Below are positions 8,860-18,031 of a DNA stretch of 64,000 nt, piece by piece (positions within the stretch are counted from its first letter, which is position 1; every line of letters starts with the position of its first letter). Location: IMG/VR virus record IMGVR_UViG_3300042691_043547, positions 5,422-69,421 of that record; one strand, 5' to 3'. The position numbers were made by a program, and so were the translations under genes. The notes beneath the pieces are model-generated. The model searched no databases, was not told where the DNA came from, and saw only the letters and a list, made by a program, of their open reading frames with translations. The stretch comes from a virus.

Positions 8860-9882
8860 ATGCCAGATATTGCCAGCATTCTCAAATCTGCCGTTCGCAA
8901 GCCTGACAGGATTAATGTCCTCACCTTCGTCACGCACGAACGGTACCAGAGCGCCTGGGGCGGGGTGGACGCCAACTTCTTTCTGTGGAATGACGAGAAG
9001 GCCAAGCCGTGGATGCACCAGTATGCGCCCATGCCAGCCAATCACATCCTGCTGCCCTTCCATCCGTCGACGCCCGATGTCCCCGTTGGCATAGATATCG
9101 ATCTGGTGATCACGCACCATCTTAGCCAGTACGACCGGGCTTTACAGGCTGCGACGCATCTGGGTGTTCCGCTGCTGCGCCTAGAACATTGCCTGCCCGA
9201 CGAAACTTGGTCGGAGAGAGACCGCAAGTTCGCCGCCTCCAAGTGCGGAGACTTCAATGTTTTCATAACCAATCACCAGATGCGGGAATGGGGTGGCCGG
9301 GACGGCGATCTGGTTATTTACAACGCCATAGACACGGAGTTGTTCAAGCCCACAGAGGGAGTGCGGCGCGAGCCGGTCTGCCTGAGCGTGGTCAACGACT
9401 GGATCAAGCGCGATTATGTCTGCGGGTTCAGTTTCTGGAAGCTGGCCACGAAGGATCTTCCTGTCCGCGTGCTGGGCGACACTCCGGGGCTTTCCAGGGC
9501 AGCCGCCAACGTGGAAGAGCTGGCTGGCGCCTATCGCAGTTCGCTGCTGTTCCTCTGCACGGCCACCAACAGTTCCCTGCCGACAACCGTCCTGGAAGCC
9601 ATGGCGTCCGGATGTTGCGTCGTTGCTTACAGGGCCACGGCCATCGAGGAAGCCATCGAGCATGGAGCAAACGGTTTTCTGGTGGACAGCCCCGAAGAGA
9701 TGAACGCCACCGTCAAGAGACTGATGGCCAACCCGTCGTACTGCGAGATGATCGGCGCAGCAGCCAGACAAAAGGCTGTCGGTCGCCACAACCTGAGTGT
9801 TTTTGTGGAGAAATGGAACCAGGCCCTGCGTCTGGCCGTAGACGCCCCGTGGTGGAGGAAACAATGGTCAAGTTGCGCTTGA
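8860..9882 (+). CDS. GT-B glycosyltransferase (GT4-like)
   Basis: IYNAIDTELFKP, PTTVLEAMASGCCVV, IEHGANGFL. Confidence 0.87.
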   Translation: MPDIASILKSAVRKPDRINVLTFVTHERYQSAWGGVDANFFLWNDEKAKPWMHQYAPMPANHILLPFHPSTPDVPVGIDIDLVITHHLSQYDRALQAATHLGVPLLRLEHCLPDETWSERDRKFAASKCGDFNVFITNHQMREWGGRDGDLVIYNAIDTELFKPTEGVRREPVCLSVVNDWIKRDYVCGFSFWKLATKDLPVRVLGDTPGLSRAAANVEELAGAYRSSLLFLCTATNSSLPTTVLEAMASGCCVVAYRATAIEEAIEHGANGFLVDSPEEMNATVKRLMANPSYCEMIGAAARQKAVGRHNLSVFVEKWNQALRLAVDAPWWRKQWSSCA

Positions 9883-10313
9883 GTGTGGGCGACTCAAAGA
9901 TGAGCCTGCCCGGGTTTGTCCAGATTGATCCGCTGAGCCAGGAGAATCCCGGTAATCCTGCCGATCTGTCGAGACATGCCGAGGAAGGTGAGGCCCTTGA
10001 GATCGTAGCCGCCGATGTCTTGGATTTTTATCCAGGAGAGTTTCGTCACCGCCTGCTGGGCCATTGGGTCTCCAGGCTGAGTCGCGGCGGCGTGATTTTG
10101 GTCGGCACCCGTGAAATCGTCGAAGTTTGTCGCCATGTCATGCTTGGGGAAGCGAACAGCTTCGGCCAGCTGGTCTTCGGTTCCGGTGGTCAGCGACGCC
10201 AGAGCGCGGGAACACTTCCCGAGTTGAAATCCATGCTCTCGCTGATGGGCACGACCCTTGTTCGTTCCTATGTCAAAGACTTCATGAGTTATGTGGAGGC
10301 CGTCCGTGATTAG
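9864..10313 (+). CDS. short SAM-methyltransferase-like protein (type 11-like, degenerate)
   Basis: GGAGG SD then ATG 9864. KLRLSVG..PGFVQID..EIVAADVLDF..W.SRL.RGG.I resembles the small MTases of glycan clusters. Confidence 0.55.
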   Translation: MVKLRLSVGDSKMSLPGFVQIDPLSQENPGNPADLSRHAEEGEALEIVAADVLDFYPGEFRHRLLGHWVSRLSRGGVILVGTREIVEVCRHVMLGEANSFGQLVFGSGGQRRQSAGTLPELKSMLSLMGTTLVRSYVKDFMSYVEAVRD

Positions 10314-11103
10314 TACATCGTGTCACAATTGTCGTTTCATCATCAAGGACGATAAGGGCGACCAGACCGGCTGCCAGGCAGACATACTCAAGCGTTTTCT
10401 GGACGAAGGCAAAGCCGAACTGGAAACGATTGAAGACACCAAGTCCTACAAAACGACCAATTGTTTTTGTCCGATGTTCCGTCCCGCCGACTGGATGGCG
10501 GACCTCGACCACCAACAGGCGGTTGCGGAGGCCCGTCGTGAGCGGACGCTGGCGGTGGCCTCTCTGGTCTCCTGTGAGAAAGGCGAGTTGTCGGATGTGG
10601 CCCGGACAGCCGAGATGCTGGAGCAACAGAAGCTCAAGCCGACCGAGGTTGTTTTCGTGATCACCGCCCGATCCAAGGTCAAGCCGAAAGATGTCCTCGC
10701 AACCCTGCGCGACCTTGATCTTTCCTACCAGTACTCGCTGCGTTTCGTCATGGATTCGTCCTACACCGAGCTGGACGCCCTCCAGGAAGGGGTCGGCAAC
10801 AACCTGAAATCGGTTTTCATCCTCTTCGTCGAGGCTGGACAACCTCTGGAGAATTGCTACCTGGCCGATCTGGACTATCTGATCAATGATCAGAATCAAC
10901 GGGTCGTATTGGTCGATCCCGGCAAAATCCACGGCATGCTTGTGCAGACCATGGCCTTCAACATGGTGGGCGGATTCCATGAGGTGGTCTGGGAGGAAAC
11001 CGAGGAAAAAATCGCCAGCGTCGCAGAAAAACTGAAACGCATCGCCAAAAGCCAGAATTCGCAGTACCTGATTCTAGACGGGGAACTTCCCCATGTCGCT
11101 TGA
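10306..11103 (+). CDS. hypothetical protein, Cys-rich N-terminus, possible GT-A-like remnant
   Basis: GGAGG SD then GTG 10306; CHNCRF...GC...C.C motif; packed in the operon. Confidence 0.65.
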   Translation: MISTSCHNCRFIIKDDKGDQTGCQADILKRFLDEGKAELETIEDTKSYKTTNCFCPMFRPADWMADLDHQQAVAEARRERTLAVASLVSCEKGELSDVARTAEMLEQQKLKPTEVVFVITARSKVKPKDVLATLRDLDLSYQYSLRFVMDSSYTELDALQEGVGNNLKSVFILFVEAGQPLENCYLADLDYLINDQNQRVVLVDPGKIHGMLVQTMAFNMVGGFHEVVWEETEEKIASVAEKLKRIAKSQNSQYLILDGELPHVA

Positions 11104-11842
11104 CCGGGTTTCGGTGGTTATAGCCAACCACAACTACGGTCACTTCCTGCCGGAAGCCATCGATTCGGCCGTCGCCGAAAAGCCGGGTCGCATCGTCATT
11201 GTTGACGATGGATCAACTGATGACTCGGTGAGCGTTGTTTTTCGCAAGCTGTCTGACGCAGCCGAGGAGGATCATGCCGGCGTGCCCTCGCTGGTCGGAC
11301 ATATCGACGGCGTGCAAATCCGCTTGTTTTCAGCGCATGAGTCGCGTGGACCTGCCGCTGCCCGCAACTGGGGGATGCGTGTCGCCTGGGATCAGACAGA
11401 TTACTTTGCCGTTCTTGATGCCGACGACAGGTTCCTGAGAGGCAGGCTCACGGCCTGCGTCGAATTGCTGGAAAAGTACGGGGAGTCAGCCGGTGCGGTT
11501 TATACGGATTATTACCATGTGCGCAATGGTGTTCATTTTCGTCACTGCAAAAAGTCGTTCGTAAAACGCGAACTTGCTTTTGACAACATGGTCCACTCGG
11601 CCTGTGTCATCCGGAAATCCGTGCTGGATGAAACCGGCCTGTATGACGAATCCATGCCGCCAGCCGAAGACTACGAGTTGTGGATGAGGATCGCCAAGAA
11701 CCGAGTCATCCTACATTTGCCAGAGGCAATGATGGATGTGAACGAGGGAGAATACCAGCTTTCGCGTCGGACCAAGTCTGACTTTTACGCCAAGCAACTA
11801 CAAACTCTCAGGGAGCGACATTGTCAGAGCTTGTTGTCGTAA
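11093..11842 (+). CDS. GT-A glycosyltransferase (GT2)
   Basis: VSVVIANHNY, IVDDGSTD, GPAAARNWG, LDADD, EDYELW. Confidence 0.93.
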   Translation: MSLDRVSVVIANHNYGHFLPEAIDSAVAEKPGRIVIVDDGSTDDSVSVVFRKLSDAAEEDHAGVPSLVGHIDGVQIRLFSAHESRGPAAARNWGMRVAWDQTDYFAVLDADDRFLRGRLTACVELLEKYGESAGAVYTDYYHVRNGVHFRHCKKSFVKRELAFDNMVHSACVIRKSVLDETGLYDESMPPAEDYELWMRIAKNRVILHLPEAMMDVNEGEYQLSRRTKSDFYAKQLQTLRERHCQSLLS

Positions 11843-12525
11843 TATCAGCCGCTGGCGCCGGTCGGCGCATGAAGGCCAGGGGGCCTAAGGCCCTCATTGA
11901 CATCGGCGGTGGCGAAACCGTGCTGAGCAGGCAGTTGGCGCTGGCAAGAAAAGCCATGCCAAACGCCGAATTGGTCGTGGTGGTCGGCTACCAGAAAGAA
12001 AAGGTGGTCAAGACCCTGCCGAAGGATGTTCGCTGGGTGGACAATACCGACCACGAGCAAACCAATGTGGCCCGTTCCCTGCTGATGGGCATGTCCGAAT
12101 GCCAGGCGCGCCGGGCGGTGCTGATGTGCGGCGACCTAGTCTTCGGCCCTGATTTTCTGTCGAGCATGCCGGATGATGGCTCGGCTGCCGTGATTGACGA
12201 GAACCACAACCATCGCTCCTCGGAAGTCGGCTGCAACATCGATCAGGGCCGCATCTGCCATTTCAGCTACGGCGTCTGGCCAAAATGGGGGCAGGCCGTG
12301 ATCCTCGGCGACAAGGAGCTTGAGCTTTACCGACGGATCGCCTCCAGAGACCAATGCGCACGCTGGTTCGCCTACGAGGTGCTGAACGCCGTCATTGATG
12401 CTGGGGGCGTGATTTCACCGACCTACCCCAAGAAATCCTATCTGGTCGAAATCGACAGCACCCAGGACATCGACAGGGCGAAGAGCATGGTTAGTAAATT
12501 GCGTCGGAAGGGAGTGGTTGCATGA
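11821..12525 (+). CDS. sugar/phospho-nucleotidyltransferase (NTP_transferase, LicC/HddC-like)
   Basis: AAGAGRRM..GPKAL, VVVVGY, GDLVF, EIDSTQD. Confidence 0.85.
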   Translation: MSELVVVISAAGAGRRMKARGPKALIDIGGGETVLSRQLALARKAMPNAELVVVVGYQKEKVVKTLPKDVRWVDNTDHEQTNVARSLLMGMSECQARRAVLMCGDLVFGPDFLSSMPDDGSAAVIDENHNHRSSEVGCNIDQGRICHFSYGVWPKWGQAVILGDKELELYRRIASRDQCARWFAYEVLNAVIDAGGVISPTYPKKSYLVEIDSTQDIDRAKSMVSKLRRKGVVA

Positions 12526-13316
12526 ATGTCCTGATTGTCAACGACGACAACGGTGTTGGCAGCGGCGCCTTGGCCCATGGATTTGCCGCACTCAAGCATG
12601 ATGTCGCCATGTGGTCTCCGGAAAAGATGCCGGCCTACCAGGCTTTCGACAGACAAAAGCCCGATCTCTTTATCGGGCCGACCTCCTCCTACACTCCAGC
12701 CGTGCAGCGGTCGGTTGGGAAAAGCCGGCTGGCCCTCTGGCAGGACGAGAGCACATTCTTCCAAGAAACGCCCGCAAATGTGTTTCTTTTTTCCGTCAGC
12801 GAGGAAAACGGCGACCTGCCCTACATCCCGTGGCCCTACCTGCCACTGGCCGAGACCCCCTATCGGGACGAGATGGCCACAGACATCCTGTTCCTTGACG
12901 AGTACCGTCCCGGGTTCGATGCTTTTTTCATGCCTCTCTTTGAGAAAGAAGGGGTTGTGGCCAGGATTCACAGCAAAAAACCTTGGCCCGTACCCTATTA
13001 TGCTGGCACTCTTGACCAGCGCGAGAGAACCGTCGCCATCGCTTCCACCATCGTTTGCCCAATGTATGCCGACGAGTCCAGAGACATCCGCAAGATGTAC
13101 GAAATCGTCAGAGCCGGGGCGGTGCCCATGGCGGTGGGCGACGATAAACTGCTTCCCTACGGTGGCAAGCCAGACGGCTACATCGAACTGATGCTTGAGA
13201 TCATCCACGATCGCGGTTCCAAGGAAAGAATCAACAGCTATCTCGTCGACCTGTTCTCGATGAACAATCCTGTTGACACGGCGGAAACCCTCCTGAGGAC
13301 AATGGTCACATGCTGA
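12522..13316 (+). CDS. hypothetical protein, possible divergent GT-B
   Basis: MNVLIV.. GFAALKHDV ..KPDLFI N-terminal pattern; glycan cluster context. Confidence 0.55.
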   Translation: MNVLIVNDDNGVGSGALAHGFAALKHDVAMWSPEKMPAYQAFDRQKPDLFIGPTSSYTPAVQRSVGKSRLALWQDESTFFQETPANVFLFSVSEENGDLPYIPWPYLPLAETPYRDEMATDILFLDEYRPGFDAFFMPLFEKEGVVARIHSKKPWPVPYYAGTLDQRERTVAIASTIVCPMYADESRDIRKMYEIVRAGAVPMAVGDDKLLPYGGKPDGYIELMLEIIHDRGSKERINSYLVDLFSMNNPVDTAETLLRTMVTC

Positions 13317-13933
13317 GCCTTATTCTTGACAAGCCGCACAATCTAGATGTGTTGTGCCGCTGCCTGTCCATGGTTGCCGCCTACCGCCCGTCCCCTGAGA
13401 CCGAAGTGATCGTGCCTTGGGACGGTCTGCCCAGGGATATCCTGCCGATCCTGAAGGCGTTCAGCTCACGCTTTTTCTGGAAGCTAGGCCTGTGCCCGCA
13501 GGATTACGCCGGGTACCTTGCTGTCGCACACCTGGCCAAATCCGAGCGGCCCGTGTTCATGAGTCATCGCCTGCTGATAACGGGTGAGGCCTTGTCTGTC
13601 CTAGAGGCATCCGAGACCGGCAGGGCTTGCGTCTACAGGACGGATGGCATGCTGTTGGAGTACGACCCGTACAGCTACTGGTTCCCGGAGGGGTATCGGC
13701 AAAACTGCCTGAGAATGCCGCACCAGACACCGGAAGTGCAGGCCGATCAAAACCCATACTGCGTGATCGGAGCCGGTTCGGCAACCGCGGTGGCTGAGCT
13801 TCCTTTTGTCGACGCCCAGGTGTTCCTGATGGAGGGACCGCCGGTATCGGTCGGGCAGCCTGTGCCCGGAGAGATTCCCTTCCTGTCCAGCACCGACACC
13901 CCGTGTTTCCCGCCCGATGCAGATCGAGTTTGA
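13310..13933 (+). CDS. hypothetical protein (possible degenerate GT-A)
   Basis: ORF overlaps both neighbours; no intact motif. Confidence 0.55.
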   Translation: MLSLILDKPHNLDVLCRCLSMVAAYRPSPETEVIVPWDGLPRDILPILKAFSSRFFWKLGLCPQDYAGYLAVAHLAKSERPVFMSHRLLITGEALSVLEASETGRACVYRTDGMLLEYDPYSYWFPEGYRQNCLRMPHQTPEVQADQNPYCVIGAGSATAVAELPFVDAQVFLMEGPPVSVGQPVPGEIPFLSSTDTPCFPPDADRV

Positions 13934-14606
13934 CCACATCGAGGGCTGGGGCAAGATCACCCAGCACGACCTGATCCACTCCCCCTGCTGGGTCATCCGG
14001 GAGGAAGAGTCACACGATCAGATGCTGGAGATGGGATTCCTGCCCTGGGCCGGCAAGTGGTTCCCGGCACGCTCGGTTCGCTACGATCTGGAACGGATGA
14101 CCTTCGGGCGCACAGTCGAAAAGAGTTTCCGCAAGGCCCTCAAGACCGCCAGCTGGCACGAGGAGAGGCCCGATATGGACGCTTACGAGCGGATCGTGGC
14201 TAGTTATCTCGTCCGGCACCAGTTCGCCAGCGGGCATGTCTTTGAGGAGTTGGCGGCCAACCGGGAGTTTTCCTGGCTGACCTACAGGGTGGACGGCAGC
14301 GCGGTCGCCTTTCTGGCCTACCTGAGTTATCCCCGCTCCTTTGTCGGCGTGCAGTTCGCCTGGGACTATGGCGACCCCAAGCTCTCCCTCGGCTCGGTTA
14401 GTACCTATGTCGAGGCCATGCTGGCCCGGTCAAACGGCTGTCGCTGGTACTACGTCATGGGAGGCTATGAGAATGCCAGCATCTACAAGGCACGCCACGA
14501 AGGTTTTGAGTTCTGGACCGGCAAGGAATGGTCGAAAGACACAGACCTCTACATCCAACTCTGTGAGCGAGACTCGAGGATCACATACGAAAATGTTTGT
14601 TCTTGA
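13917..14606 (+). CDS. ATE/Bpt-like aminoacyl-tRNA-protein transferase (GNAT fold)
   Basis: QFAWDY..PKLSLG..STYVE...A...G..WYYVMGGYE...IYKA matches the ATE_C signature (YD....LSLG....E...A...G..Y.YLG......YK). Confidence 0.72.
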   Translation: MQIEFDHIEGWGKITQHDLIHSPCWVIREEESHDQMLEMGFLPWAGKWFPARSVRYDLERMTFGRTVEKSFRKALKTASWHEERPDMDAYERIVASYLVRHQFASGHVFEELAANREFSWLTYRVDGSAVAFLAYLSYPRSFVGVQFAWDYGDPKLSLGSVSTYVEAMLARSNGCRWYYVMGGYENASIYKARHEGFEFWTGKEWSKDTDLYIQLCERDSRITYENVCS

Positions 14607-14799
14607 GCCAAAGCAATCGCTGGAAGTGGAAACTCCCAAAGGCAAGGGGCGGGTTTGGCTCGTCACCGACTACGGGCCGGAAACGGAGAAGCTGTTTGCG
14701 GTCATCCTTTACGAATCGGGTGAAATCTGGGAGTTCACCAACAAGGATGTCAAGGCCACAAAAAACCTGACCATGGGGCGGGGGAGCTGGTCGAAATGA
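14593..14799 (+). CDS. small hypothetical protein
   Basis: MFVLEPKQSLEVETPKGKG...; overlaps both neighbours. Confidence 0.65.
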   Translation: MFVLEPKQSLEVETPKGKGRVWLVTDYGPETEKLFAVILYESGEIWEFTNKDVKATKNLTMGRGSWSK

Positions 14800-15530
14800 G
14801 AATCGCATTTGCGCCCTACATACTGACCTTGGTCGGCACCGATCAATGCGGAACCGTCGACGGCGAAATCCATACCATCAAGGTGGCCTTGCGATCCGGC
14901 GTCTGGGCCGTCCGTCACAAGGAGCGGGTCCAATGCTTTCAGGATTTCCCGGACGCCCATCTCAGCCAGGATCTGTCCTGCAACCTGTCCACCAAAATCT
15001 TGCAGGATGACAGCTGGTATCCGGGTAAGGTGGACATATCGGAGAGCATCGACGAGATATGCGCTCGTGCCGGAGGCCTTGTGTCGCTGGCTAAGGACAG
15101 CATCGGTGTCAATGGCCCGTTCGTGTTGCCGTTCGGCGAGGGCCTGGAGAAAAACGGCATCCTGCTCCGGGTTGACGGGAATTCGACCAACTGGCAAAAG
15201 CCGATTGAACCCAGGCACGCCACCAGCCTGACCATCATGGCTGGGATGCTGGTCAAGAACATGGCCGCTGGCGATTGGGAAAAAGCCGGGGATGTGCTGG
15301 AGCAGTCCTGGAAGCTCGTCCGGGAGGAGGCACCGGCAGAGATTATCCGCGCCTACGCCGACGCCAGGATGAACGGGGCGTGGGGGTGTGTCTGGTGCGG
15401 AGACAACACATTGTTCTGTCTGGCTTCTCCAGAATGGCACGGTTCGATCTCCGGCATAGTCGGGGTGGAAAAACTGCCGTTCCAAATCAGCTATCAGGGG
15501 GCGGGTCTGAGGGCTGCGCTGAAGCCATGA
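14796..15530 (+). CDS. degenerate GHMP sugar-phosphate kinase-like protein (HddA-like)
   Basis: APYILTLVGTD resembles HddA APLRIS..GGGTD; PFGEGLEKN sits where PxGxGLGSS is expected; C-terminal Y..A...GAWG...G. Confidence 0.5.
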   Translation: MRIAFAPYILTLVGTDQCGTVDGEIHTIKVALRSGVWAVRHKERVQCFQDFPDAHLSQDLSCNLSTKILQDDSWYPGKVDISESIDEICARAGGLVSLAKDSIGVNGPFVLPFGEGLEKNGILLRVDGNSTNWQKPIEPRHATSLTIMAGMLVKNMAAGDWEKAGDVLEQSWKLVREEAPAEIIRAYADARMNGAWGCVWCGDNTLFCLASPEWHGSISGIVGVEKLPFQISYQGAGLRAALKP

Positions 15531-15979
15531 GAGTCCAATTCCTCGTCCCGACACTGGCGTCTTCGCATCAGGCACTAGCCCTTGTCCATTGTGGCAACGA
15601 GCTTGTTCGGAAAGGTCACGAGGTGCATGTCTTTGTGGAAGACAAGGGGGCGCCCCCTTCCAGACCCCACTTCCCCGTGTTTGATGCCGCCTATGCGTAC
15701 ACGCAACCGGGTCCGCTGATCGTCACGACGCTCTCAAGCCTGGCTTTGGCCGTGAACTCGCCGATCAAACGGGATGTCTGGTTCTACGCCTGGGATATGG
15801 AGTGGCTGAATGGCCAAGCCTTCGCTTGGCGAGACCTGCATCCGATGTATACTGCCGTTCCCCTGATTGCAAGATCGGATCATCACAGACGCATCCTACA
15901 GAACACTTGGGGAAAAAACGTGAGCCATATTGTCGAAGATTTCAGCGCAGATCAGATTGAGAGGCTGTTATGTCCATGA
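15527..15979 (+). CDS. GT-B N-terminal-domain-like protein
   Basis: ATGA overlap; NELVRKGHEVHVF, IVTT and WFYAWDME resemble WsaF-type GT N-domains; no donor-binding domain. Confidence 0.55.
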   Translation: MRVQFLVPTLASSHQALALVHCGNELVRKGHEVHVFVEDKGAPPSRPHFPVFDAAYAYTQPGPLIVTTLSSLALAVNSPIKRDVWFYAWDMEWLNGQAFAWRDLHPMYTAVPLIARSDHHRRILQNTWGKNVSHIVEDFSADQIERLLCP

Positions 15980-16752
15980 CCTACGAGTATCTTGTCGAGG
16001 AGTACGTCAACAAACAGAGGTCGACCCACGAGATTGCCGAGGAGCTTGGGACCTATCCCAACCGTGTCCGCCGGGCACTGAACAAGTTCGGCATCCCCGT
16101 CCGCAGTCGCTCCGAGGCCCAGCTGGTCGCTCTGGAGCAGGGCCGGCAGGAACATCCCACCAGAGGCAAGAAACTGTCCCCCGAACGCAAAGTCCAGATC
16201 GGCGAGAGGATGGCCGAGCAGTGGGGATCGATGTCCGACGAGGAACGGAAGCGTCGTTCGGAAATTTCCAAGAAACAATGGGAGACCATGGACGAGGGGC
16301 GAAGGGAATCGTTGCAGAAGAAAGCCCTGGACGCTGTGCGTGTCGCCGCCGATACCGGCAGTCGCCTAGAAAAATACCTGATCCGCGGCCTGACTCAAGC
16401 CAAGTATCCGGTGGATTTCCATGTCCAATTGGACCGCCAGCATATCGACATGGTTGTTGGCCGTAAAGTCGGTCAGTTTAAGGGGATAGCGATCGAAGTC
16501 AACGGTCCTTCCCACTACAAACCGATCTGGGGCGACGATTATTATGAAAAAAGAGCGGCCTCTGATGCGAAGAAGGTAGGGATGCTCGTCGGAAGTAACT
16601 TCCTAGTGATCATTATCAAAGACACCAAAGGAAGTCCTTCTGAAATTCGTATGAGAACTACTTTACAAAAGCTGTTGAGCATCATAGAATTGGCGAAGAC
16701 CGACCCCGGGGTGGGGTCATATCACGAGATTGAGGTGGGTGTCGATGGCTAA
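15970..16752 (+). CDS. HTH + NUMOD3-like + PD-(D/E)xK (DUF559/RAP-like) endonuclease
   Basis: N-terminal HTH (STHEIAEELG..VRRALNKFGIP), HPTRGKKLS..K..I.E basic region, IDM...IAIEVNGPSHY. Confidence 0.7.
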   Translation: MSMTYEYLVEEYVNKQRSTHEIAEELGTYPNRVRRALNKFGIPVRSRSEAQLVALEQGRQEHPTRGKKLSPERKVQIGERMAEQWGSMSDEERKRRSEISKKQWETMDEGRRESLQKKALDAVRVAADTGSRLEKYLIRGLTQAKYPVDFHVQLDRQHIDMVVGRKVGQFKGIAIEVNGPSHYKPIWGDDYYEKRAASDAKKVGMLVGSNFLVIIIKDTKGSPSEIRMRTTLQKLLSIIELAKTDPGVGSYHEIEVGVDG

Positions 16753-17602
16753 GAAGAAGCCTGTTTCCGTTGCGGATTTGGACGGCGAAAGTGTGCTGGA
16801 CACGGTCTCACTTGACACCCCCGTGGTGGTTGAGGACGGCGTCCAGTTCAACAGCGATGTCCTGGTGACCCAGGTTGGCCAGGAAGTGGCAGTCGAACCC
16901 CAGCAGTTTGACGCCGATCTCTACAAAGAACATTGCCCGACTGATCCGGATTGGACGGAATATGTTCTGTCCAAGCTGTCCCCCGACGAGCTGTCTCCCG
17001 AAGGGCGTCCCACCTGCGACGGTCTGCGCCGGGTGGCCGAGCTGGTTCTGGGGCCGACTCTCAAGTCAACCGTGCGGATTGTCCAGTCTCCCGCACCCGA
17101 CAACGGCATGACGGCGGTGGCCGAGTTCAGCTACACCTACCACTCCATTCATACCGACCGCGAGGTCACCTTCACCGCTGCCGCCGATGTCAATTCCGGC
17201 AACACGGACGGGATGTTCTCCAAGTTCGCCACGGCGATGGCCGAAACCCGTGCCGAGGGTCGGGCTTTGCGCAAGGCCCTGCGTCTGCGTCGGGTGCTGA
17301 CCGCCGAGGAGCCTTCAGCCCTGTTCCACGACGCCGATCTGTCCAATGGCGGCAAGTCAACGGAAATGCAGCATGCGTTCATCCAGACCCTGTGCAGCCG
17401 CAACGACATCAACATCGACGCCTATCTGGGGTCGTCCAAATCCTTCAAGTGGAACGGCAAGCTGGAGGATATCCCCCACAAGAGCGCCACGCTCATCATT
17501 GCGCATCTGAACGAGCTTCAGAGGGACAGGAGTAAGGTCGACCCGAGATTCAAAGGGTACGATGCTGACTGGAAGAAGAACGCCAACAAGACTACGGAGT
17601 AA
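16745..17602 (+). CDS. putative ssDNA-annealing recombinase (Rad52/Sak-like)
   Basis: GLRRVAE and AMAETRAEGRALRKAL helix typical of phage Rad52-like SSAPs; GAGGTG SD. Confidence 0.55.
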   Translation: MAKKKPVSVADLDGESVLDTVSLDTPVVVEDGVQFNSDVLVTQVGQEVAVEPQQFDADLYKEHCPTDPDWTEYVLSKLSPDELSPEGRPTCDGLRRVAELVLGPTLKSTVRIVQSPAPDNGMTAVAEFSYTYHSIHTDREVTFTAAADVNSGNTDGMFSKFATAMAETRAEGRALRKALRLRRVLTAEEPSALFHDADLSNGGKSTEMQHAFIQTLCSRNDINIDAYLGSSKSFKWNGKLEDIPHKSATLIIAHLNELQRDRSKVDPRFKGYDADWKKNANKTTE

Positions 17603-17604
17603 CC

Positions 17605-17970
17605 ATGAAAGCCCATATCCCAACCGCTCACGGCACGATTGAAATCGACGCCACCGATGTCAAGGAATTGTTCCGGCAAATCGCCGCCACGCACGAGGTT
17701 TTTGGAGATCATCGTTGCGGTGCCTGCGGTGAGGATCGGATCGCCCCCCGTGTTCGCCGGGTGACCAAGGGCAAGGTCGAGTACGAGTATTTTGAGATTT
17801 GCTGCAACAATCCGAAATGCCGGGCCAAGCTGGCCTTTGGGCAGTACCAGGATGGTAGCGGCCTGTTCCCCGTCCGCAAGCTGGACAAAGACGGCCAGCC
17901 GGATCGGGAAAACGGCACCTACGGCCAGCACAATGGCTGGAGCCGGTACCGTGGGGAACAGAAAGACTAG
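17605..17970 (+). CDS. zinc-ribbon hypothetical protein
   Basis: CGAC...C.NPKC; GGAG SD. Confidence 0.7.
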   Translation: MKAHIPTAHGTIEIDATDVKELFRQIAATHEVFGDHRCGACGEDRIAPRVRRVTKGKVEYEYFEICCNNPKCRAKLAFGQYQDGSGLFPVRKLDKDGQPDRENGTYGQHNGWSRYRGEQKD

Positions 17971-17992
17971 GGAACCTTGGCGGGATTCCCTT

Positions 17993-18031
17993 GAAGGGGG
18001 CGGGGGGTGTGTTACCCCCCGCTCTTTTTTA
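17993..18031 (+). terminator. intrinsic terminator at the convergence of the two arms
   Basis: GGGGGCGGGGGG-loop-CCCCCCGCTC followed by a T run, between convergent genes. Confidence 0.8.

Noticed and set aside
9189-9863. 5' extension of ORF 9189..10313
   Set aside because: It overlaps the GT4 gene out of frame; SD plus ATG at 9864 gives a coherent protein.
17971-18030. tRNA or other ncRNA at the convergence point
   Set aside because: Only two simple hairpins; no cloverleaf or T-loop consensus.
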